Of a stretch of DNA of 64,000 bases, positions 33,429 through 44,070 are shown in pieces. Within the stretch, counting starts at the first letter, position 1. The number at the start of each line of letters is the position of its first letter. The notes beneath the pieces were generated by a model, which worked only from the letters and a program-made list of their open reading frames with translations, ran no database searches and had not been told where the DNA came from. A program made the position numbers and the translations under genes. The stretch lies in assembly GCA_963796965.1 (NCBI GenBank), contig CAWCNS010000004.1:352001-416000 (forward strand), read 5' to 3'. The stretch is from Calditrichia bacterium. GTDB taxonomy: Bacteria; Calditrichota; Calditrichia; JAJRVZ01.

Positions 33429-33569
33429 TCTCTCGCAGAGACGCAAAGTCGCAAAGAAATAATTATTTATAAATCTTTAAGAAAAAGAGTTTTAATATTA
33501 AATCTAAACTCACAAAATGTATATAATTCAATTAAAGATAAATTTTTGCGTCTCCGCGTCTTTGCGAGA
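33429..33569. repeat. Family B inverted arms around an AT-rich spacer
   Basis: TCTCGCAGAGACGCAAAGTCGCAAAG ... TTTGCGTCTCCGCGTCTTTGCGAGA. Confidence 0.85.
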
Positions 33570-33672
33570 CATGAATTATCCAGGCTAAATAACTAAATGT
33601 GGAGATTGAAAGTAATTCAAAAACAATGCTAATGAATGATATAAAAATATTTTAATCTGAAAGGGGCTGATC

Positions 33673-35046
33673 GTGAATAGAAAATCAATGTCTCGCCGCA
33701 GTTTTATTAATAAAACTTCTATGAGTATTGCTGGCACGACACTGGCCGCAAAAATGACATTAGCTTCAAATTTTCCTTTAAAATCAAATGCAAGCCAACC
33801 AGCCATTCTGGGAGGAACTCCTGCCTGTTCAAATAAATGGCCAAAGTGGCCTTTATGGGATCCGCAGACAGATGAAAAACAAATAATTGAAGTACTCAGA
33901 AGCGGTGTCTGGTCCAGAAAAGGTGTTGTTGCAGAGTTTGAAAAACAATGGGCTGAAATGCTGGGGGCAAAACGTTGTCTGGCAACGACAAATGGAACCC
34001 ACGCCCTAATAACCGGTCTCAGGATGTTGGGTGTAGGGGCGGGGGATGAAGTAATTACCACTCCCTACACTTTTATTGCCACAATCGATGCCATTATCCT
34101 CTGTAATGCGATGCCCGTTTTTGTGGATGTGGATCCGGAAACATTTCAGATAGATCCGGATAAGATTGAGGCAAAAATCACAGACAAGACCCGGGCAATA
34201 ATTCCCGTACATATTCTGGGATTGCCTGCTGATATGGGAAGGATTATGGCCATTGCTAAAAAGCATAATCTGGTAGTTCTTGAAGATGCCTGCCAGGCAC
34301 ATTTAGCTGAGTATAATGGGAAAAAAGTTAGTACTATTGGCGATGCCGGCTGTTTTAGTTTCCAGACATCAAAAAATCTGCCTCTTGGGGAAGGTGGTGC
34401 CCTTGTGAGTGACAATGATGCATTTATGGACCGGGCATTTTCCTATCATAATTTTGGACGTCCCTATGGAAGTATGATCGGAGATGTTGTTGGAGAATAC
34501 GTGATGGTTGGAACAAAATGTCGCGCGTCAGAATACCAGGCGGCTATTGGCCTTGCGCAGCTAAAACGGCTGGAAAGGCAAACAGATGTTCGGAATGAGA
34601 ATGCCTCCTATCTGAGATCTCAGATAAAAGACATACCGGGAATCAAACCCTATCGACTTTACGATGGTGTGACCCGAGCCACTTATCATCTTTTTCCTTT
34701 TCGCTATAAAAAAGAAGAATTTCAGAATTTATCCAGAAGAAAGTTCATTGATGCGCTCCGGGCAGAGGGCGTCTCATGTTCGATGGGATATTCACCTCTA
34801 AATAACATGCCTTATTTGAAAGACGCCCTTAATTCCCGCACATTTCAGGCGATCTATCCCAAAGATCAATTGGATTTTAATAACTATGTACGCCAGAATG
34901 CATGTCCGGAGAATGATCAACTCTGTGAGGAGGCAATATGGTTGCCACAGAATTCATTGCTGGCAAAAAAGAAGAATATGGATCAAATTGCCACGGCATT
35001 AAAAAAGATTCACGAGAATGCAGAGAAAATTGCCAAAAACACATGA
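33673..35046 (+). CDS. DegT/DnrJ/EryC1/StrS PLP aminotransferase with Tat signal
   Basis: MSRRSFINK, NGTHAL, GDEVI, EDACQAH, FSFQTSKNL, GEGG. Confidence 0.9.
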   Translation: MNRKSMSRRSFINKTSMSIAGTTLAAKMTLASNFPLKSNASQPAILGGTPACSNKWPKWPLWDPQTDEKQIIEVLRSGVWSRKGVVAEFEKQWAEMLGAKRCLATTNGTHALITGLRMLGVGAGDEVITTPYTFIATIDAIILCNAMPVFVDVDPETFQIDPDKIEAKITDKTRAIIPVHILGLPADMGRIMAIAKKHNLVVLEDACQAHLAEYNGKKVSTIGDAGCFSFQTSKNLPLGEGGALVSDNDAFMDRAFSYHNFGRPYGSMIGDVVGEYVMVGTKCRASEYQAAIGLAQLKRLERQTDVRNENASYLRSQIKDIPGIKPYRLYDGVTRATYHLFPFRYKKEEFQNLSRRKFIDALRAEGVSCSMGYSPLNNMPYLKDALNSRTFQAIYPKDQLDFNNYVRQNACPENDQLCEEAIWLPQNSLLAKKKNMDQIATALKKIHENAEKIAKNT

Positions 35047-36452
35047 CAGTAAAAATAACCAGACGAAATTTTTTAAAACAAAGTTGTTGTATTGGAACCA
35101 CATCCATTCTAAGTGCGGGCCTATTCTCTGAGTTTTTCTCATGCAAAACAGTGGAAGATTTTGATTCTGATCCAGGACCCCTCTGCCAGGTGAAAAAAGA
35201 GGTCTATATCCCATCACCTGAGCCAGGTGTGGCAACAGTTGTCAGTATGACCTATATCGGACAGGGATTGCGTCGTGAAGAAGAGCGTTCGTTGATCAGA
35301 TCCAGTGATTGGACTGATAACTTGCAACGTCGTATATCCGAAGATAATGGCCGCAACTGGTCGGACTGGGACTTGATACACAAACAATGGCCAAAACAAG
35401 GAGATTTTACGCAATCTCTCGGGCCCTCCCAGCGCGGAACAGGACCCTATGACCCAATATCTGGTAGGCTCATTAAGCCTGTTTTTCAACGTTTGGTTAA
35501 GGGTGATCCTAAAGTGGCAATGAAAGTGCTTTGGAAAGGAAATCGCCTGTTCTCAGATCACGGTTTTTACCAACTCTCCGCTGATGATGGCAATACCTGG
35601 GGGGAGGCACAGATGTTGAAATATGAAGCAGGTCCTGATTTTGATCCTGATAATTGGGGAGATCCCCGCTATTTTCGGACAAATGAGATGTATATTGGAA
35701 GTCCTGCTGTATTATCAAACGGTACTGTTGTCATAAGTGCGACTATTCCCATCGAATACCGGGATGAGGAAGACGAAAAGATAAAGTCTGTTTTTCCTAA
35801 CACCTACCGAGAGGGTTGCGTTGCCGGAGCGGTCTGTTTTGTAGGTCGGTGGAATGAATCAGACCAGGACTATAAATGGATGCTATCTAAACCAATTTTT
35901 TTGTCCCGACAGAAATCATCACGGGGTCTGGTGGAACTGGATATCAGTGAATTAAAAAACGGAAATTTACTTCTCCTGATGAGAGGCTCAAACACAGGGC
36001 TGGATATTAATGAATATCCGGGCAGGAAATGGTTCTCTCTATCCAGAGACGGGGGGCTGAGCTGGAGCGAAGTTAAAGATATCCGATATGATACGGGCGA
36101 GCAACTCTATTCACCGGCATCAATATCTAAGACTATTCGCAGTTCTAAAACAGGTAAGTTATATTGGATTGGCAATATCCCTGAAAGACCCCCAAATGGG
36201 AATTCCCCAAGGTATCCGCTTCAGATTGTGGAGATTGATGAAAACGGACCTTCATTTAAAAAAAGTACCGTCACTGTGATTGACAATCGCGATCCTCAAC
36301 GGGACTCAGAACACTTGCAGCTCTCAAATTTTTCTCTTTTGGAAAACAGGGAGACTCATGAAATGGAGCTCTACCTGACGAGATTAGGGGAACTTGGAGG
36401 TGGACCAGAGTGATGGACGGCAGATGCTTATAAATATAAACTGGTGTTTTAG
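35043..36452 (+). CDS. Tat-signal BNR/Asp-box (sialidase-like) protein
   Basis: ATG at 35043 overlaps the upstream stop and reads TRRNFLK. Asp-boxes SEDNGRNW, SADDGNTW, SRDGGLSW. The TGA at 36411 is followed in frame by WTADAYKYKLVF*. Confidence 0.7.
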
Positions 36453-36475
36453 ATTGAATAAGCTAAGAATAGACA

Positions 36476-36504
36476 GTAGAGACGTCCCGCCGGGACGTCT
36501 CTAC
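36476..36504. repeat. GTAG-type REP palindrome
   Basis: GTAGAGACGTCCCG-C-CGGGACGTCTCTAC, perfect 14 bp arms. Confidence 0.85.
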
Positions 36505-36568
36505 ATTTAAATTATCTGTAAACAATCTACATCGCGATATTGTTTTGTTATCATTTTTAGGAGTTCCA

Positions 36569-37978
36569 ATGAGAGAACATACAAGGACGTATATCATAAA
36601 AAATATCTTGGGTGTTTTGATATTTTTCCTCTTGAGCGGGAGTACTATTCTATATGCCCAGGATGATATATGGCAGGTAGGCGTGGCACGTGTAGATATA
36701 ACCCCGGAAGATTCTCTGTGGTTAGCGGGCTATGCCAGTCGTGATCATGCCGGAGGAGAGGCCCTCCATCAACTCTGGGCCAAATCTATCGCTCTTCAGG
36801 ATCAGAATGGGAAAAAGGCCGTATTAATAACAGCAGATGTATTAGGATTCCCCAAAATCATGTCTGATCATATTAGATCTAAATGTAAAGAAAAATATGG
36901 ACTGGACAGATCACAAATTATACTTAGCAGTTCGCATACCCATACCGGTCCGGTTCTGCGTGAGAGTCTTTATATCGTTTACCCCTTGAATGAAGATCAT
37001 ATTAAAAATATAGAAGACTATTCGGATAACCTGGAAAAACAAGTGATCAATCTTATAGGAACGGCATTAGAGAATATGGCCCCAGCCAGACTTTATTCCG
37101 CAAATGGTGTTGTCCGTTTTCAGGTTAACCGCCGCAATAATAATGTGAAATATCTATCCGCGCAGGCGGATCTGAATGGTCCAAATGATTATGCTGTTCC
37201 CGTTTTGCAGGCCAGGGATCTGGAAGGAAAATTAATTGCTATTTCTTTTGGATATGCTTGCCATCCAACCGTTTTAAACTCTTATCGATGGTCAGGTGAT
37301 TATCCTGGTTTTGCCCAGTTAGCCCTGGAAGATCGATTTCCCGGAACAACGGCCCTGTTTTTTCAAGGATGCGGTGCGGATCAAAATCCTCTTCCCCGGC
37401 GGTCTGTGTCTCTGGCAAGACAATATGGCGAGGAATTGGCTGCAGCTGTGGGAAGTGTGATTGAAGAAAATCTAACACCTCTTTCTTCTGATCTCAAAAC
37501 AGGTTATAAAGAGATCGATCTTGCACTAAATTCTCCGCCATCGAAAGAGGCTCTTGAAAAGTTATTCCTCGAATCAAAGTCTGCTTATCAGAAAAATTGG
37601 GCTTTAAAAAGGCTGAATGAATTGGATAAAAACATATCCGTCCCAGAAAAATATCTCTACCCGATTCAAGGATGGCAATTGGGTGATCAACATATCTTTA
37701 CCTTGGGAGGCGAGGTTGTCATTGATTATGCCATAACACTCAAACGATTATTTGGGCAGGAAGCATTTGTGATGGGTTATTGCAATGATGTTATGGGATA
37801 TATTCCTTCATTGCGTATATTGCGGGAAGGTGGTTATGAGGGGGCAACTTCACAGATTGTCTACGATATGCCTTCCACATGGCGTGCGGATATCGAATCA
37901 AAAATCATTTCCGGGGTGATCGATCTTGCCCAACGAACCGGGATTAAATTACCGGAATCAAAACTCATATCAGATTAA
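36569..37978 (+). CDS. Neutral/alkaline non-lysosomal ceramidase N-terminal domain protein
   Basis: GVARVDITP, LAGYASR, SHTHTGP, NRR, YACHPT, SGDYPG, GCGADQNP, GEVV, GYIPS, EGGYE. Confidence 0.8.
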   Translation: MREHTRTYIIKNILGVLIFFLLSGSTILYAQDDIWQVGVARVDITPEDSLWLAGYASRDHAGGEALHQLWAKSIALQDQNGKKAVLITADVLGFPKIMSDHIRSKCKEKYGLDRSQIILSSSHTHTGPVLRESLYIVYPLNEDHIKNIEDYSDNLEKQVINLIGTALENMAPARLYSANGVVRFQVNRRNNNVKYLSAQADLNGPNDYAVPVLQARDLEGKLIAISFGYACHPTVLNSYRWSGDYPGFAQLALEDRFPGTTALFFQGCGADQNPLPRRSVSLARQYGEELAAAVGSVIEENLTPLSSDLKTGYKEIDLALNSPPSKEALEKLFLESKSAYQKNWALKRLNELDKNISVPEKYLYPIQGWQLGDQHIFTLGGEVVIDYAITLKRLFGQEAFVMGYCNDVMGYIPSLRILREGGYEGATSQIVYDMPSTWRADIESKIISGVIDLAQRTGIKLPESKLISD

Positions 37979-38003
37979 TCTTGGTATTTACAAAAGAAAT
38001 TTT

Positions 38004-38164
38004 GACAGGATCACAGGATTTACAGGATTAGTTAAATAATAAGATCCTGAAATAAATTCAGAATGACCAAAACGTCATTCTCCCGATCAGAGATCGGGAT
38101 TTCGGAATCTAAAAGCAAAAAACATCTAATTTCCTGTAAATCCTGTAGATCCTGTGATCCTGTC
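38004..38164. repeat. Composite: ACAGGAT-subrepeat arms enclosing a GTCAT-family doublet with an inserted TCCCGATC-AGA-GATCGGGA hairpin
   Basis: Arms at 38004-38027 and 38132-38164. Doublet at 38042-38067 and 38074-38110. Confidence 0.85.
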
Positions 38165-38179
38165 TATAAAAAAGGAGTA

Positions 38180-39912
38180 ATGATGAGAAAACTGACAAAA
38201 TCTCTATTAAGTATTATCTTTTTGATTATTCCTCTTACCATTGCCGCACAAATCACACCCGAACAAGATGTCATTATGTCTGTAGAGCGGATTTGGGATC
38301 GCGCAGAGCATAATGCCTTTCCCGGATTAATAGAATTTAACAACAAATTCTATTGTTCCTTTCGTGAAGGAACGGCCCATGTTTTTGGTGTTAATGGTAG
38401 TGTCCGGGTAATTGCTTCCGACGATGGACAAAATTGGTATTCTGTAGCTCATCTGTTTAAAGAAGAGGTGGATCTTCGTGATCCAAAATTATCTGTGACA
38501 CCTGATGGTCGCATAATGATAAATATTGGCGGTTCTGTCTATGTGGGAGAAGAGCTTGTTCGAATGGAACCCCTGGTCAGTTTCTCTGATACAGAGGGTG
38601 CCAATTTTAGTGCTCCACAAAATATACAAATCGATAAAAAAATCAGGACGGACAAAGATTGGCTTTGGCGGGCAACCTGGCATAAGGGCATGGCCTATGG
38701 AACGGTCTATCAGGCGCTGGGTCTAGAATCCAAATTACAATTGGTGCGTAGCCGTGATGGTATTAACTATGAATTTGTAAAAAATTTTGGTTTGGTGGGA
38801 AGGCCAAATGAGACCACTTTACGATTTTCTGAGGATGATAAACTATTTGCCATTGTCAGACGGGAAAGTGGTAGTACCCATGGATTTTTCGGAAGCAGTG
38901 ATCCTCCCTACACTCAGTGGAAATGGCAGGAACTGGATGCCCAATTGGGTGGACCGGATCTGTTGATTCTGCCGGATGGAAATATGATAGCCGGTTCGCG
39001 AGAATATCCTGAGAATTTTAATCAAAGGATGATACTTGCAAAGGTGACTATGGATGGCAATTTCAGGAAATTAGTTACGCTGCCCAGTGGTGGCGATTGC
39101 AGTTATCCGGGTTTGTTGATAAAAGATAATATTCTCTACGTTGCTTATTACTCAACCCATGAAGAGCGAACTTCCATGTACCTGGCGAGATTGTGGCTGG
39201 ATCGACTGAAAAATTGGGTCGATATGGAGGAGTCAGCAGCACCTTCAGTCAAATCAGATAAAAATGGGCTGGTTAGCATTAAATATTCCTAATGATGCAG
39301 AGGTTCGATATACTCTGGATGGTACAAGCCCGACTGAAGCACATGGTTTTACATATAAAAAGCCCTTTCAGGTTAAAAAAACAACACCATTACGGATTCG
39401 GGCATTCGAAACCGGAAAATTTGGCAGTAAGATGATTTCAACAGCGGTTGGGACTGATATTTATCAGGATGCACGAAACATTGAAGGTGAATTAAAACCA
39501 GGATTACAGTATACATCTTACGATGGCGAAATATTCCGCGTTCAAAATATAGGCGGTTTGCGAAAAATGGCATCCGGGACCGTTCAAAATATTGACATCA
39601 CTGATAGTGGAAAAAGAAGAAAATTTCGCACTCAAATTCGACGGGTATCTATCTGTTCCTGAGGATGGATTATATACGTTTTTTCTGGTCTCAAATGATG
39701 GGAGCCAGTTGAAGTTGAACGATAAAGAATTTATTGACAACGATGGTCCCCATGGAGATAGAGAGGTCTCAATGGGTACATCCTTGCGGGCAGGCAAGCA
39801 CAAAATCGAATTGAATTATTTTCAGCAGGGTGGTGGAAAGAAATTAAAGTTATACTGGCAAGGCCCGGGATTCGACAAGCAAGAAATTCCAGATTCGGTT
39901 CTGTCCCATTAA
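38180..39912 (+). CDS. Exo-alpha-sialidase-like propeller plus Fn3-associated and PA14 domains (two frameshifts)
   Basis: HNAF..L, FREG..H, DLRDP, WLWR, PNET, LPSGGD.SYPG, then RYTLDGT.P and PA14 SNDGS..NDGPH. ATG at 38180 follows GGAG. Confidence 0.7.
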
Positions 39913-39917
39913 AAAAT

Positions 39918-40204
39918 GACAGGATCACAGGATCTACAGGATATCTTTATCTGATTTAGAAAAATATTGAAGATCTTCGTGGCTCTTTGTGTTTCCTTTG
40001 TGTCACTTCGTGCAACTACAAGAGTATCACGAAGTGCCATGGAGTTTTCACGAAAAGCACGAAGTTTCTTAATAATTAGATCCTGAAATAAATTCAGGAT
40101 GACCACTTTGTCATTCTGAATCCTGGCCTGTCGCCAGGACAGGCTTGTTTCAGAATCTGAATCCCAAAATTATCAAGACATCCTGTTAATTCTGTGACCC
40201 TGTC
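39918..40204. repeat. Composite: ACAGGAT arms enclosing a CACGAAG inverted pair and a GTCAT-family doublet with a 23 nt insert
   Basis: Arms at 39918-39941 and 40181-40204. Inner parts at 39975-40064, 40078-40103 and 40110-40158. Confidence 0.85.
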
Positions 40205-40228
40205 TAAAAAGATAATCAGGAGAAAAAA

Positions 40229-43200
40229 ATGATTCCATATTCAAGAATTCTGATATTGGTTATCCTAATTAATGTTTTATTCTTTGTCTCATCAAATTCT
40301 GCTGCTGAATGGCAAAAGAAATATAATTATATACAGGTTCGTGAAAAATTCAATCAGCCTCCCTTATTTTATGCGCCGCATACATTTTGGTTCTGGGATG
40401 CCCCACTTGATAAATCGTTAACGGCATCTATGGCCAGAGAAATGGCAGCGAAACGTCTTAATCCGGGCTATGCCCATCCAAGGCATAGTGGGGACCAACA
40501 CAAACCTTATCCCACTTTACCAGTTGACCAATGGTTGTCTCCCCTCTGGTTTGAAAGTTTTGGAACCGCTTTATCAGAAGCACAGACGGTAGGAATGACC
40601 CTTGGATATTGTGACGAATATTGGTGGCCCAGTGGTCAGGCAGCGGGGCGTGTATTGAAAAAAAATCCGGAATTGGCTGCCCAGTCGCTGGAATGGAATA
40701 AGCAGATCGTATCCGGGCCTGATCAGTTAGAACTGCCTGCTTCAAAATTTACAGTGGCTGGCCAGCTCTCTGAGAAAGGGAGAATCAATGCAAGCACTCT
40801 CAGAATTATTGGAGAGGACCAGGCTTTTAAATGGAACATACCTGATGGAAAGTGGGTGGTATATTCTTATAATACTTATTATCATCCTGGTGTCGATGGA
40901 GGAGAGGTAAATTATTTAGATAACCGGTTAATGGATACCTTTATCCCGATTGCCCATGAATCCTATGAAAAGCATTTTAAAGATCAGATGGGAAATACAA
41001 TCCCCGGTGTTTTTGTCGATAATGAAGGAGATTTTGGCTGGCAAATGGCCTGGTCGGAGTTTTTAGCGAAGCGCTATATGGAAATGAAAGACAGGGATAT
41101 ACGCTTATGGCTTCCTTTGCTGACAGAAGAGGATGATGAAGGATTATGGGCCAAGGCTCGCTATGACTGGTTTGATGTTGTCTCAGATGTCTATTCAAAA
41201 CAATATCTGGGCCGGCTTAGCGACTGGCTGAGTGATCGTGATATGTACTGCATTTCCAATTTATGGGAAGAAGATCTCATGTTGCAGACTCGGGCTGTGG
41301 GTGACTTTATGCGAGCCCAGCGTACGGTGACAATGCCTGGAAACGACTGCCTGCAAATGAAATCACAGCAGGTGCATGATTTTAAAGAAACACAATCGGT
41401 TTGTGAATTCGAAGACAAACCATTTATGAGTGAATTAATGGGGGTGGCCGGCTGGGAACAGACACCGGTGCAAATGAAGATGACCTTAAATTCGGTTACT
41501 GCTTTTGGAATCACACATAATGTACCGCATGGTATTAATCTGAACCGTATACTGGAAACCATACCTTATCCGGCAGACTGGTATACCGAAAACCCCTACT
41601 GGCATTATATGCATTTGTGGACCGATTTTGCACGTCGCGCCTCTTTTGTAAACCGTCAAGGAAAATTAGTGGCTGATATACTGCTTATTAACCCCCTTGA
41701 AAGTGTATGGGCTTTATCAGAAGGTTATTTTACAGGCGTGGATGGAAATCAATGGCCCGAAAAAGCCAAAGAGATCAATGAGGTTTATTCTATTGCCATG
41801 GATTCCCTGACCGCAAGGCGCTTGGATTTTTTAATTGCGGATCGTCACTATATGAATAAAGCCAGGGTTGTGAAGACAAGTACCCAGCAAAAGGCCAGTC
41901 TTAACATAGCTGATCATGATTTTTCAGTAATTGTGCTATCTCCAATGATCATTCTTTCCCGCTCTACTTCAGAGAAAATACTCAAATTTGCCCGGGCAGG
42001 CGGCTCTGTTTTTATATTGGGTTCTCTTCCTGAGGGTTCTCCGGAAACAGGGGCCAAAGATCAACAAATCGTAAAGGATATGGAAGATCTGGTTAAACTG
42101 CCTTCCGTTATCAATCTGGCAGATACAAGAAATAATCATAAACTGCTTGCAGATAGAATTGAATCAGCCATCGAAAAACAGGTTGAAATAATTTCCGGTA
42201 CGCTTCCCTTAACTATTGCGCATCGCAAAATCGATAATAAAAACTTTTATTGGCTTGTTAATAATACAGATCGAAACGAGAAGATGCGCCTCTCCTTCAG
42301 AGATGGTAGTGGGGGCGTAGAAATATGGGATTGTGAAAAAGGCGAGATACGGGCTGTCGTCAGTAAATCACAAAAAAACCGAACAGTCGTTGATCTCCAA
42401 ATTGATCCTTATCAGGCTTTTTGGCTGGTTATTGATTCGGATAAGCCCGTAGTTAAAATTGGGGATCAATCCAGGCCAGCCGTAAAAGAACTGGTACTCA
42501 CTGAACCGTGGCAGTTTTCTTTTCCTGAAACACAGGTAATTGAGACCACATCTGCACGAACCTTGATCACAACGGATACGAATCATGTCTCCGCGTATTT
42601 GGATACAGATTATAATGATTCAGAGTGGCGCTGGCTCAATATCACCGGTCCAGTTAGGATAGCTGATACATGGCGGGCCTCGTTGCTCCACAATCCCAAG
42701 CCAGAAAGTGACCGTTATTACCGTTATAAATTTGTACTAAAAGAAAAGCCAGATGGTGCCTTAATAAATATTAATGCTGATAACGAGGTTTGGTTCTGGG
42801 TTAATGAACAAGCCGTAAAACCAGGACCAAATTCCTCCAATTTAACTGATGCGGACTTGCACGACATCGGTTCAATCCTGAAAAAAGGTGAAAATATTAT
42901 TGCTGTAAAGACGAGTAATCGTCCCGGATACGGATCAATGATATTTCAGGGAACGGTTCAACTGGCCGATGGCAGCACGTTTGATATTCTCTCTGGTATT
43001 GATTGGAAGGAATCGACGGAAGAGGCGTCCGGATGGCAAAAATTCGACTTTGATGACACCCGATGGGGAAAAGCAATTACAGCAGACCTGAAAATGCAGG
43101 AAAGAGATTTGCACAGCATGCGGGAGCCGGTTATGGTTAGTTTTACCAAAAGTGTGGCCTGGTGGCGGATGAACTTACCTCCCGGAACAAAAGAGGTAGG

Positions 43201-43750
43201 TCTTTCCGGTTTAGCCAAATCAGCAAAAATTTGGATAGACGGAAAATCCGTAATTTTAGATAAGAATAAACTTAATGTGTCTGATGGTTCAAAAGTTATG
43301 GTGGTAAAAATTTACGGAAATGAAAGTGGTTTAACACAACCTGCAGAATTCCATTGCCAGTCAGCTGGTTTAACCCGACCTGGTTCCTGGTTGAAACTTG
43401 GATTGCGGAATTTTACCGGGTTTGCAGAGTATGAAACTCAAGTTAATTTGCAGGAACTTACGTCTCATGTATTTCTGGATCTTGGCAAAGTTCTTCATAT
43501 GGCTGAAGTATGGGTCAATGACAAAAAAGTAGGCGAGCGTTTATGGCCGCCATTTAAGTTCGATTTGAGTAAAGTCGTTAAGAAAGGAAATAATAAGATT
43601 CGGGTTCGTATTGGAAATTTGATGGTCAATTCAATGGGGATCAAAGATGATCTGGGCACCTTACGTCATTGGGGCTGGGATGGTGTTCCCGATGACACAT
43701 CCTTTGATGCGGGGTTGTTTGGTCCGGTTAAGATTATTCTCACAAATTGA
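40229..43750 (+). CDS. GH106-like (alpha-L-rhamnosidase-like) secreted glycoside hydrolase
   Basis: P..FWFW, YCDEYWWPSG.AAG, G.F.DNE, and a C-terminal GH2-type sugar-binding segment LDLGKV..MAEVWVN...GL.GPV. Confidence 0.7.
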   Translation: MIPYSRILILVILINVLFFVSSNSAAEWQKKYNYIQVREKFNQPPLFYAPHTFWFWDAPLDKSLTASMAREMAAKRLNPGYAHPRHSGDQHKPYPTLPVDQWLSPLWFESFGTALSEAQTVGMTLGYCDEYWWPSGQAAGRVLKKNPELAAQSLEWNKQIVSGPDQLELPASKFTVAGQLSEKGRINASTLRIIGEDQAFKWNIPDGKWVVYSYNTYYHPGVDGGEVNYLDNRLMDTFIPIAHESYEKHFKDQMGNTIPGVFVDNEGDFGWQMAWSEFLAKRYMEMKDRDIRLWLPLLTEEDDEGLWAKARYDWFDVVSDVYSKQYLGRLSDWLSDRDMYCISNLWEEDLMLQTRAVGDFMRAQRTVTMPGNDCLQMKSQQVHDFKETQSVCEFEDKPFMSELMGVAGWEQTPVQMKMTLNSVTAFGITHNVPHGINLNRILETIPYPADWYTENPYWHYMHLWTDFARRASFVNRQGKLVADILLINPLESVWALSEGYFTGVDGNQWPEKAKEINEVYSIAMDSLTARRLDFLIADRHYMNKARVVKTSTQQKASLNIADHDFSVIVLSPMIILSRSTSEKILKFARAGGSVFILGSLPEGSPETGAKDQQIVKDMEDLVKLPSVINLADTRNNHKLLADRIESAIEKQVEIISGTLPLTIAHRKIDNKNFYWLVNNTDRNEKMRLSFRDGSGGVEIWDCEKGEIRAVVSKSQKNRTVVDLQIDPYQAFWLVIDSDKPVVKIGDQSRPAVKELVLTEPWQFSFPETQVIETTSARTLITTDTNHVSAYLDTDYNDSEWRWLNITGPVRIADTWRASLLHNPKPESDRYYRYKFVLKEKPDGALININADNEVWFWVNEQAVKPGPNSSNLTDADLHDIGSILKKGENIIAVKTSNRPGYGSMIFQGTVQLADGSTFDILSGIDWKESTEEASGWQKFDFDDTRWGKAITADLKMQERDLHSMREPVMVSFTKSVAWWRMNLPPGTKEVGLSGLAKSAKIWIDGKSVILDKNKLNVSDGSKVMVVKIYGNESGLTQPAEFHCQSAGLTRPGSWLKLGLRNFTGFAEYETQVNLQELTSHVFLDLGKVLHMAEVWVNDKKVGERLWPPFKFDLSKVVKKGNNKIRVRIGNLMVNSMGIKDDLGTLRHWGWDGVPDDTSFDAGLFGPVKIILTN

Positions 43751-43788
43751 GGTAAATTTATAGAGTCGTGGTTTTACAAGATTTTTTT

Positions 43789-44048
43789 TCTCACGCCAAG
43801 ACGCCAAGACGCAGTTCAATAAGACCAAAGAAATAAGAAAAAAGACTAAAAATGAAGAATCCATAATAGTTATAATTTATCAAATTCATATTACTGTCAT
43901 TCCGTCCCGGAAATGGATCGCGTCTCGGGATAGGAATCTTATTATCTACAGAATCATATGCAGCAAAAAGGAAGATCCTTTCAGGAGGACATTCCAGTAA
44001 AAAATATTTAATTCGTGAAATTCGAAATAATTTGTGGAATTCGTGGTT
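43789..44048. repeat. Family B left arm, MITE-like copy 3 (43895-43991) and ATTCGTG right arm
   Basis: CACGCCAAGACGCCAAGACGCAG; TGTCATTCCGTCCCGGAA...GATCCTTTCAGGAGGACA; AATTCGTGAAATTCG...AATTCGTGG. Confidence 0.8.
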
Positions 44049-44070
44049 AAAAATTGGGAGAAAATTATTA

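Noticed and set aside
29652..36413. In-frame TAA (29652) and TGA (36411) suggesting stop-codon recoding or selenocysteine
   Set aside because: TAA, TAG and TGA all end genes normally in this window, the two cases use different codons, and the error background is high.
38063..38179. Apparent Cys-rich CxxC N-terminus (SCKSCRSCDPV), also seen in ORF 39909-40106 on the minus strand
   Set aside because: It is the translation of the TCCTGT subrepeat arm. The real start is ATG 38180 after GGAG.
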